Source: Mobula hypostoma
Taxonomy: Eukaryota
Length of the DNA stretch: 64,000 bases
Reading direction: 5' to 3'
Assembly (NCBI RefSeq): GCF_963921235.1
Contig: NC_086097.1
Span: 2,046,001 to 2,110,000, forward strand
The position numbers and the translations under genes are program-made. The notes under the pieces were generated by a model that searched no databases, was not told where the DNA came from, and was given only the letters and a program-made list of their open reading frames with translations. The first letter of the stretch is position 1. Each line of letters starts with the position of its first letter. Below, piece after piece: positions 1-10,072 of the stretch.

Positions 1-500
1 CTGTCTGGTATGGAGGGGCTACTGCACAGGACAGAAAGAAGCTGCAGTAGGTTGTAAATCTAGTCAGCTCCATCTTGGGTACTAGCCTACAAAGTACCCA
101 GAACATCTTCAGGGAGTGGTGTCTCAGAAAGGCAGCATCCATTATTAAGGACCTCCCCAGCATCTAGGGCATGCCATTTTCTCATTGTTATCAACAGGAA
201 GGAGATACAGAAGCCTGAAGGCACACACTCAGCGATTCAGGAACAGCTTCTTCCCCTCTACCAGCTGATTCCTAGATGGACATCGAATCTTTGGACACTA
301 CCTCACTTTTTTTAATATACAGTATTTCTGTTTTTTGCATGTTTTAAAAAATCTATTCAATATGTATATACTGTAATTTATTTATTTATTTATTATTATA
401 TATTTTTTTCTCTGCTAGATTATGTATTGCATTGAACTGCTGCTGCTAAGTTAACAAATTTCACATCACATGCTGGTGATAATAAACCTGATTCTGATTC
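1..500 (+). mobile_element. Rex1/Babar-type LINE, degenerate 3' end
   Basis: Degenerate translation WYGGATAQDRKKLQ..GRRYRSLKAHTQRFRNSFFP matches the Rex1 ORF C-terminus; AT-rich 3' UTR ends aataaacctgattctgattc. Confidence 0.75.
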
Positions 501-559
501 CGAGTTAGATGGGTTATCTTGGAGGTTTCTGAGCATTTCAAGAACAGTCACCTATAAAT

Positions 560-990
560 TTCAAAGTTCTAAGTATCAAAGTACACGTGTGTCACCTTGA
601 GATTCGTTTTCTTGCAGGCATTCACACTAAATACAAGAGACACAATGGAATCATTGAAAGAGCTCACCAACAGGATGGATAAACAACCAACGTGCAAAAG
701 ACGTCAAACTGTGCAAATACAATATAAAAAATCATTATATATTCAGAATGTGAGTTGACAGCCCTTGAAAGTGAATGCATAGTTGTAGGAACATTTCAGT
801 GATGGGCTGAGTAAAGTTGAGTGAAGTTATCCCCTTTGGTTCAAGAGCCTGATGGTTGAGGGGTAATAACTGTTGCTGAGCCTGGTGGTGAGAGTCCTGA
901 GGCTCCTGTACCTCCTTCCTGATGACGGCAGTGAGAAGAGAGCCTGGCCTCGGTGTAAGGCTGCTGATGATGGTTTCATGTGTGTCACCA
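560..990 (-). mobile_element. Rex1/Babar-type LINE 3' end
   Basis: Minus-strand ALFSLPSSGRRYRSLRTLTTRLSNSYYPSTIRLLN followed by a 3' UTR. Confidence 0.7.
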
Positions 991-1045
991 AGAAGTTTAC
1001 AAAGGAAATCTGTGTAGAATGTTGGACAACACAAATTGGTGAGAC

Positions 1046-2940
1046 TATGAGAGAAAACTGGCGGGGAACATAAAAACTGACTGTAAAAGCTTTTATAGAT
1101 ATGTAAAAAGGAAAAGACTGGTAAAGACAAATGTAGGTCCCCTGCAGACAGAAACAGGTGAATTGATTATGGGGAGCAAGGACATGGCAGACCAATTGAA
1201 TAATTACTTTGGTTCTGTCTTCACTAAGGAGGACATAAATAATCTTCCAGAAATAGTAGGGGACAGAGGGTCCAGTGAGATGGAGGAACTGAGCGAAATA
1301 CATGTTAGTAGGGAAGTGGTGTTGGGTAAATTGAAGGGATTAAAGGCAGATAAATCCCCAGGGCCAGATGGTCTGCATCCCAGAGTGCTTAAGGAAGAAG
1401 CCCAAGAAATAGTGGATGCATTAGTGATAATTTTTCAAAACTCGTTAGATTCTGGACTAGTTCCTGAGGATTGGAGGGTGGCTAATGTAACCCCACTTTT
1501 TAAAAAAGGAGGGAGAGAGAAACCGGGGAATTATAGACCGGTTAGCCTAACGTCGGTGGTGGGGAAACTGCTGGAGTCAGTTATCAAAGATGTGATAACA
1601 GCACATTTGGAAAGTGGTGAAATCATCGGACAAAGTCAGCATGGATTTGTGAAAGGAAAATCATGTCTGACGAATCTCATAGAATTTTTTGAGGATGTAA
1701 CTAGTAGAGTAGATAGGGGAGAACCAGTGGATGTGGTATATTTGGATTTTCAAAAGGCTTTTGACAAGGTCCCACACAGGAGATTAGTGTGCAAACTTAA
1801 AGCACACGGTATTGGGGGTAAGATATTGATGTGGATAGAGAATTGGTTAGCAGACAGGAAGCAAAGCGTGGGAATAAACGGGACCTTTTCAGAATGGCAG
1901 GCAGTGACTAGTGGGGTACCGCAAGGCTCAGTGCTGGGACCCCAGTTGTTTACAATATATATTAATGACTTAGATGAGGGAATTAAATGCAGCATCTCCA
2001 AGTTTGCGGATGTCATGAAGCTGGGCGGCAGCGTTAGCTGTGAGGAGGATGCTAAGAGGATGCAGGGTGACTTGGATAGGTTAGGTGAGTGGGCAAATTC
2101 ATGGCAGATGCAATTTAATGTGGATAAATGTGAAGTTATCCACTTTGGTGGCAAAAATAGGAAAACAGGTTATTATCTGAATGGTGGCTGATTAGGAAAA
2201 GGGGAGGTGCAACGAGACCTGGGTGTCATTATACACCAGTCATTGAAAGTGGGCATGCAGGTACAGCAGGCGGTGAAAAAGGCGAATGGTATGCTGGCAT
2301 TTATAGCGAGAGGATTCGAGTACAGGAGCAGGGAGGTACTACTGCAGTTGTACAAGGCCTTGGTGAGACCACACCTGGAGTATTGTGTGCAGTTTTGGTC
2401 CCCTAATCTGAGGAAAGACATCCTTGCCATAGAGGGAGTACAAAGAAGGTTCACCAGATTGATTCCTGGGATGGCAGGACTTTCATATGAAGAAAGACTG
2501 GATGAACTGGGCTTGTACTCGTTGGAATTTAGAAGATTGAGGGGGGATCTGATTGAAACGTATAAAATCCTAAAGGGATTGGACAGGCTAGATGCAGGAA
2601 GATTGTTCCCGATGTTGGGGAAGTCCAGAATGAGGGGTCACAGTTTGAGGATAAAGGGGAAGCCTCTTAGGACCGAGATTAGGAAAAACTTCTTCACACA
2701 GAGAGTGGTGAATCTGTGGAATTCTCTGCCACAGGAAACAGTTGAGGCCAGTTCATTGGCTATAGTTAAGAGGGAGTTAGATATGGCCCTTGTGGCTACG
2801 GGGATCAGGGGGTATGGAGGGAAGGCTGGTGCAGGGTTCTGAGTTGGATGATCAGCCATGATCATAATAAATGGCGGTGCAGGCTCGAAGGGCTGAATGG
2901 CCTACTACTGCACCTATTTTCTATGTTTCTATGTTTCTAT
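1046..2940 (+). mobile_element. CR1 LINE, young copy A (5'-truncated, RT region)
   Basis: ORFs 1163-2191 and 2207-2842 carry KSPGPDG, NYRPVSL, QHGF, YLDFQKAFD, GVPQGSVLGP and FADV (catalytic D mutated). TGA at 2189-2191; (tttctatg)n tail. Confidence 0.97.
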
Positions 2941-2984
2941 CACAATTTAGATGAATGAGTGGAGATTGCAATGGAACAGTCAAA

Positions 2985-3260
2985 TAGCCTCACTGTAGTA
3001 GTGAGGTGCTGAGAGACGCTTGCTTGCTTACATGGTGGATTTTCTTAATGTGCTTTGGTTTCTTCCCACATCCCAAAGACGTGCAGTTTGATTGGTTAAT
3101 TGTCTACTACAAACTACACCTTCTGTGTAAGTGAGTGGTAGAATGATAGAAATGTGGAGAGAAGAAAAACTAAACATGAAAAGTGTGTAGGATTGGTGTA
3201 AATAGTAGTTTGATGGCTGGCCTGGTCTCTGAACGGTTTCCGTACCATGTGTCTTAATGA
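2985..3260 (+). mobile_element. Degenerate V-SINE-like SINE
   Basis: ggtttcttcccacatcccaaagacgtgcag resembles the V-domain core also seen at about 20170-20210. Confidence 0.5.
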
Positions 3261-3294
3261 CTCCAGCAGCTCACTGTAAAGTGTGATTATTTCC

Positions 3295-3870
3295 ATTTGA
3301 GGCCCTCTGATGGTTCGGGTTGACCGCAGATGTTGAGTCCCGACTGCCTACGTGATACACAAGCCAGGTCAGTATGATATGGAGAGTGAGATGTTGCCCA
3401 TGTAGCAGGCTCCCCTTCTCCATGCAGCTGACATATCCAAAGGACATCAGAGACCAATATAGCTTGGTACCAGCAGCATCGCAGGAGTTGCCAGTCAGCA
3501 CTGGACTCAACACGGGACTGCCTTAGGGACTCCAGCTCTGGATCTTTCCCTGGCGCTTACTCCCGAAAGAGTAGCCGCAAGGAAGCGGAGGTTTGAGATC
3601 AGAGATTTCCTTCCCCGAGATGAGCTGCCAACAACAGCTGATGAGCCCCATCTGCCAGGAGCGACTGGTTTTAATGTGCCAGTAACCTGCCTCTTCCCCT
3701 CCTCATGTCAATAGAAATGGTTCCACCGGGCTTAGTAGCTAAACCACACGTGAAGACCAGGAGCTGGACTTGGTTGTTAGAGACTATCTGAGATGTAGTC
3801 ATTGGGAGCATTTAATAGGTGGCGGGAGCTTGTCCCCATTATCACCCCCGCCCCCACTGGCTATGACAAA
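3295..3870 (-). mobile_element. Putative non-autonomous RTE-derived element
   Basis: GC-richer non-coding block. The minus strand resembles RTE 5' UTRs (aagtccagctcctgg, actaagcccgg, aaacctccgc..ttgcggc) and ends in an RTE-like 3' segment; recognised from memory only. Confidence 0.5.
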
Positions 3871-4456
3871 TTTATGGAACCGTTGCCATTACTTCCAATA
3901 CCAAACTGTTATTGACAACTCCACAATAAATTTCCTATCCTGCCTTTGCTAAGGTTTGGTAAACTTGCTATTTTTGTTCATGTTGTGGGCTGCTTGTAGC
4001 TTGTCTTTCCCTGCGCCATCTCTCTACCATTTTTTCCAGGCAATTATTTACTCTGTAAAGAGGAGACACTTCATGTAAGACACCCAACTGTTGCAGCATG
4101 CATTTCGCACCAGTTACCAGAAGCATTCATGTAAAGAATGTTTCAGGTACTCTCTCATTCCCCCTCCATGCTCAGAGATAGATTATGGGGTGGGAGCCAA
4201 GTGTGACAGTGATAATGGTGGAGCTGTGGTGACAATGTGTTAGTGTGCTCTGGAGAGAGATTTCATCAGAAACCTCAACACTAAGTGTCTTTGAGAGGTT
4301 ATTCTGTGCTGGACATTATATGATAAAAAAGGGTTACACCTGGAGGTGTCCAAAGATGCAGAGAACACCAATGATCAGAATTCTACTTACCACAAATGTA
4401 TTAATGCAAAGGGAACTGGTGACTGCCTGTGCCATCGTGCAGTGGCAAGTTTCTGC

Positions 4457-4700
4457 AAAGTTCAAAGTTCAAAGTACATTTATTATCAAAGCACGTATCT
4501 TTATACAACCTTGAGATTCGTCTCCTTACGGGCAGCCACAAAACAAAGAAACCCAACAGAATCCATTAAAACAAAAGAAGACCGTTAAACACCCAATGTG
4601 TGCAGAGAAAGAAAAGAAAACAAAACGTGCAAACAATAAAAGTAAGCAGTTAGCATTCAGAGTGAAGTTTATGAAAGTGAGTCCACAGCCAGACAGATTC
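4457..4700 (-). mobile_element. Rex1-type 3' UTR/tail fragment
   Basis: aaagttcaaagttcaaagtacatttattatcaaag tail, similar to 560-720 and 57286-57430. Confidence 0.5.
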
Positions 4701-5485
4701 GATTGCAGGACACAGCTTCAGTTCAGTACAGAGATGAGTAATTTGCGGAGTGGTGAGCTGATGTTCAGTGCAAAGATGAGTGAACCTCATGGAGGAGAGA
4801 GTTGAACTGGCCTGTCCCTCCCCTCCAGCCCGACAATCTGACCTTTTCTCTCCAAGGTCAACTCCAGTCAAGTCAAGTCTGGCTGTGGTGATACATCCGG
4901 ACCAGAGGGGTATTGCACCAGCAAAAAGGCTTTGTCCTACTCTGGGGGGGGTGGGAGCGGACACTTCCTTGAACCAGGAGAAGGACTTTGACAGAATATT
5001 GCACAAGTCATGAAGGACGTGCTGTCTGGGAAATAAGTGGATCTGGCAAGCTACAGTTCCACACATCTATAATTCATTAGAACACAGTCTGCACACTCGC
5101 GTCTGCTGAATGGTGCACAAGCAGAATTTTAATTGGACATGTATAACAATCATTTTTTTATAAATTCAGCAACTTCTTTCATGAAAGGTATCTTGAAACT
5201 CATCAATTTTCTTGATATTGATAACTTGGGCTAATAATAAATGCATATTAATCCATATTAAAACAGACGATATGGAATCAGGGCAGTTTCCGGAAACATT
5301 TTTGATACCCCTTTCATTTCTATTTTCTGCTGTCAACATTCATCAAAAATTTACAGCACGGCTATTTCTATTTCCCGAGCTTGGTGATGAACAGTGTGTT
5401 TCTCTGGTTGAGTTGCACACTCTGTTCTTATGCTTCTGATATTTTATTGACACTCTCCGTACTTTTCTCTAGGATAGATTTTCCA

Positions 5486-6610
5486 GCTGGCTTGGCCAAA
5501 CAAGGGGCTTGGACCTGGTGGGAAAGTGTTGAACAACGACATCTATCTTGGAATGTTCTGTGGCAGATGGAACCGCTCCGCGTTTCTTTTCTATGCAGAG
5601 CAGCGTACGACCTGCTCCCAACACCTGCCAACCTCAGCACCTGGTATGAAGATAAGACGGACAGGTGTGCTGCTTGTGGTGAGAAGGGAACACTTCAACA
5701 TATCTTGAGTGTATGCAGAGTCAATCTTTCCAGCGGCATGTACACGTGGAGACATAACAACGTTCTTAAAGTTATAACAGAAGCAGTTGAGCAGAGAGTA
5801 CTGCAGCACAACTTATCTCATGCCCCATGCTGCTCAGAACATCGCATATCATTTGTGAAAGAAGCCTCCAAGTCAAGGGTGTACAGCACAGGCTCACGAT
5901 CAAGCATACTTTCTTCAGCCAATGATTGGTGTGTCAAGGCTGACCTGGACGGGAAAGGCAGTTTCCGGAGCAAATAGCTTTCACAACATTGCATCCAGAT
6001 ATAATCGTATGGTCTGACACCAGTAGAGAAGTGGTTATTGGTGAACTCACAGTCCCCTGGGAAGACAACATCGATGAAGCCCATGAGCGCAAGTTAACCA
6101 AATATGCAGAGTTAAGATCAGAGTGCAAAGACAGAGGGTGGAAGGTCTCATGCTATCCATTCGATGTGGGCTGCCGTGGGTTTATTGCGTTCACTCTCCA
6201 GAAGTGGCTGCGTGACCTTGTCTTCACTAGAAGGGAGATCAAGTCAACCAGCAGGGCTGTAGCTGAGGCAGCAGAGAAAGGATCAGCATGGGTGTGGACC
6301 AAGTATGTCCAGAGGGGCAGATAGTCAGACAGTGTATACATGTCTTGCAAACCCTTCAGTAGTTGCATAGACACCTGAAGAGCAGACTATCTGTTGGATG
6401 GAAGCGACCAACAACTCTGATAGAGGCTGATGCCAAGTTTTTAAGCTCACCAGTGGGAGGAGGTGCTTTAGCACTGCTGGCCCACCACCTCGAGGGAGTC
6501 TTGATCATAAGCGGGCCGAAACTCCTGAAGACAGGTGGCAGATCAACTGATGATCCCACTGGTGATAGCACAGGACAGTTAACATCTTAGTCCATGTGTA
6601 TTTTGTAACT
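5486..6610 (+). mobile_element. HERO-clade (R2 group, restriction-like endonuclease) non-LTR retrotransposon, 5'-truncated
   Basis: QGAWTWWE, YDLLPTPANL, CCHC knuckle CAAC..HILSVC, YTWRHNNVL. After a frameshift near 5970, RLE motifs PDIIVWS..ELTVPWE..KYAEL..GCRGF. Stop at 6324, then about 280 nt of 3' UTR. Confidence 0.88.
6485..6560 (+). ncRNA. Putative rearranged (non-circularly permuted) hammerhead ribozyme
   Basis: GUC 6498-6500, GAAA 6518-6521, CUGAUGA 6547-6553. Stem I UUGAUC 6501-6506/GAUCAA 6541-6546; stem III GGAGU 6495-6499/ACUCC 6521-6525; stem II AGcGGG 6510-6515/CCCaCU 6555-6560; extra helix CCACCU 6485-6490/AGGUGG 6533-6538. Confidence 0.72.
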
Positions 6611-6909
6611 CCACCTCAACACCAGCACTTTGTCGGAAGAAGTTCCGAAGGCCATAGGTTTAAACCAGCAGACATACCTTCCACTGTGCTGCCTGCTACC
6701 ACTGCCTCAGCAGAGGCAGCACAAAATTCTCCGGACTTCCCCAGCTTTCAGGATGCAAAAAATAAAAAGCCAATCTGGTGCTGGCAGTACATGGTGACGT
6801 TTTACAGGAAGCTCACAAAAGTTTTAGATGTACTTTTTCTGAACTACTTTCACTGGAACTTGCATCTTTTAATTTCCCTTTAAGGAACATACTTATGAAC
6901 TGTCTAAAC

Positions 6910-9430
6910 CAGTGTTTCCCAACCTTTTTCAGCTGAACGTTCCCTAAAGCATTTTCATACCTGCCAATGCCTCCCTAAAGCACCTTCATACTTGTCAACA
7001 CCCCCTTAGGCACAATATACTTTCCAGTGCCCCCATAGTGTAAAAATGTGTTTACCATATGCTAACATGAGAAAAATGATTCTGCTTTAAATTTTTAATT
7101 GTCCTTAAACTCAGCATACACAGTACCTGTGTGCTGTACAGCAGCTTCAATATCAATGTGATCCTTGAACTTAATGCTTTTCTCAAGAGTTGAAATATCT
7201 GGTTCAATTTGTGACAGCAAAAGCCTTAAGTCCCCACACGAAACAACGTCCAAGTGGTTTCTGTTTTTTTGTGAGTGTGTGGTTCACTGCATTGAAGCCT
7301 CTTTCAACAAGGTAGAAGGATAGAAATGCAATGAAGAACAGTTTGGCTCTTCTCCAAAGACCAGGAAACTTCATATGACAGTCCAGCCACATACCACAAA
7401 AACATTTTTGCTCCTTCATCATTCTAAATTTCGATCATTTCTTCTTGCAAGTTCTCTTCCTGTTCTTCCACCTTGCAAAGAAATAGGTTAATTATCTAGT
7501 CTGGAATTTCCAGACCTTTCAAATCCTTGAATCAATTCTGAAAATTCTTCTTCAGTGACTACTGGCGTAAGCAGTACTTTTGCAAATCACTGTCTGTGAA
7601 AGAGAGTGTCATACTTCCCATGCAAGGAAAGAGTGAGAATATTCTTCTTCTAATCTAATGTTTTGCATAAATATTTCCAATATTCTGATAAAAGAGGACA
7701 TTGTACTTTTGCCTGAATTAAATTGAAATTCTCACCCTGCAGTTTCCTATTTAGAATGTTCAATTTGTCATACAGATCGGCTAGGGATGCCACATCTGCA
7801 TGTAGCTGTTCAATCCTCTTTACCGAGTTCTTGTCGACTTTGAACAAAAGTTCAACCACAGTGTCAAAAAGATCAAAGAAACATTTTAAGCAGCAGTCCT
7901 ATGACAGCCAACACACTTCATTGTGAAGAAGCAAGTGTTCAAACTCTTCATCCTGATCTTGGAATTTCTTATATCATAAGTGCCACTAAACCAGCATGGC
8001 GGCCTGTCATATATGGTGCTCCATCTGTTGTACAAGAAATTATGTTCCTAATCAGAGTACTTCTATCCTCAATATATATTTTGAGTTTGTTGCGGATTGC
8101 TTCTCCGTTGGTAATTGTTCATGGTTTTTAACTTTTTATAAAAGAGAACCTCTTCATAAAGTTTTCCATTTTTGATAAACCATACACATGTCAATAGCAA
8201 TGCATCATTGTCTTGCACAGTTGTCTCATCCAGTTGTATTCCAAGTTCTGTTTTTTGTAGCTCTGTGTATAGTTGATACTCAATGTTTTTACTCACTTTG
8301 TCAATACAACGAGCTAGAGTGAGTACACACAGGAGTTGATTTTAAAGTACAGGTATCCATTTTGAGAACAGTGGTGATCACTTCTGATACAGCAGGCATT
8401 ATTAATCTTTCACCAGCTGTGTGAGATTTTCCACACTTGCTATTATTTTGGAAATGTTCTAAGAAGCAATGAGACCACTATCAAGGCCAATTTTAGCTTT
8501 CTTGGCAAATGATTTGAGTGTGTAATGCTTTCCAAATGCTTCTGTCATCTTCTGGAACTCAGTAATACCATAAGTAGCCTTTTCAGGGTGTCTTTTACAG
8601 AAGTGTCCCTGCAGTCTTGATGGTTTCATGGCTTCATTAGACACGTCTCATGACAAATCAGACACCCGTGGCGTCGCTGATCTGACAGGAACAGAATAAA
8701 ACCATCGAATCGTTCGGACAGAGATGGCACTCAGTACTCGGTGTCAGACAGTCGATCAGAGCTCAGAGTTTTCAGATGACTCGGAGTCGGACTGTGGTTG
8801 GGTATGGCAGGGAGAGTTTTTCTTCCTTCTCCCGTCTGCGTGAGATGTGGGACATTTGAGAAACTTTGAACTTTACTGGGCTCATGGACTTCTTCATCAA
8901 GTTATGGTATTGTTGCACTATTGTAACTATATGTTATAATTATGTGGTTTTGTCAGTTTTTTCAGTCTTGGTCTGTCCTGTGTTTTGTGATATCACACCG
9001 GAGGAAATAATGTATCATTTCTTAATGCATGCATTACTAAATGACAATAAAAGAGGACTACATGTCTTCATAATCTTAAAACCACACTCCAGGTATGTAA
9101 CATTGTATTGATGCACTTTCTGCAGTTTCTGTTTCTAAGCAGGATTAGAATTCAAGGCTTCACCACCTTCAGACTCATAGAGTCTGCACTGTACATATTC
9201 ATCCGTCATTACAGTAACAGGGCTAAATTAAAATAAAAAAAATTAACACAAACTGGGAATGCCTATCAGAAGTTGATGATGGCAGTGAGTTGATATGGTC
9301 AGTCAGGTCTCATGCCTCAGGTTAGGGTAACACTTACCACCTCTCCACAGGAATCTCAAATGACCCCAATGGCTTCTATTTCCCCCATCACCCCCTTAGG
9401 TCATGTCACCGCTCCCTTTGAAAATCACTG
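6910..9430 (-). mobile_element. hAT (Charlie/Buster-type) DNA transposon with degraded transposase
   Basis: Ends cagtgtttcccaa (6910) and tttgaaaatcactg (9430); 8-bp TSD gtctaaac 6902-6909 / gtctacac 9431-9438. Minus-strand fragments SNEAMKPSRL..H..HP (BED finger), IQLDETT, TDGAP, LADLYDKLNILNRKLQG. Confidence 0.88.
8705..9076 (+). mobile_element. Retroposed non-coding 3'-end insertion inside the hAT transposase
   Basis: Flanked by direct repeat taaaacca (8697-8704, 9077-9084); aataaa near the 3' end; the BED-finger region continues across the site. Confidence 0.7.
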
Positions 9431-9439
9431 GTCTACACA

Positions 9440-9845
9440 AACTAGCAATTTTAAAATTTCCTGCTGGCTTGACCCTCCGGAGACAGGTTCAGCACCTTTA
9501 AGTGGACAAAGGTGCAGGAGGGGAGGACTCCAAGCCAGACTCAAACAGCAGGGTATAAAACTTCCTCTACCCAGCATCTGTTAGCTAATGCACAGCCACC
9601 AGGAAACAAGATGGAGGGTGTAAGGGCAAGGTAGCTGCATCAGAGGGAAATGCGAGATTGCAGTGTTCTCTGTCTCACAGAGACATGACTCACTCAAGAC
9701 TTGGCAGATATGATGGTCAGGCCCAAAGGTTTCTCCATCTAATGGACAGACTGAACTGCTGATTCAAAGAAGACAAATTGTTGGAGTCTCTGTTTCATGA
9801 TAAACTCTTCATGTTTCTCAGACATAGCAGTCTTGTCACATTTGT
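9440..9845 (+). mobile_element. Rex1-type LINE fragment, ORF N-terminus/APE start
   Basis: RRGGLQARLKQQGIKLPLPSI..LAN..NKM and LCLTET-like degenerate motifs. Confidence 0.6.
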
Positions 9846-9965
9846 AAGACCAGAAGACATACAAGCAGAATTAAGCCATTTATCCCATCGAATCTGCTCC
9901 ACCATTCCATCATGGCTGATTTATTATCCCTCTCAACCCCATTCTCCTGCTTTCACCCCAGAACC
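9846..9965 (-). mobile_element. CR1 3' tail fragment
   Basis: Reverse complement of the conserved CR1 3' UTR (tcagccatgatggaatgg..gcag). Confidence 0.7.
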
Positions 9966-10072
9966 TTTGGGGGAGGTTTTAAACTAATTTGGCAGGGAGG
10001 TGGAAACTGGAGTGAAGGGATTCTGGATAGGACCGATGGTAAAAAAAGCAAAGATAGCATGCAGTCAGACTG

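Noticed and set aside
3720..3870. HDV-like ribozyme at the 5' end of the RTE-like element
   Set aside because: Could not assemble P1/P1.1/P2/P3 convincingly by eye in this copy.
6670..6770. Possible minus-strand exon ending gaag|gtatgt
   Set aside because: Weak acceptor and unrecognised peptide; consistent with chance.
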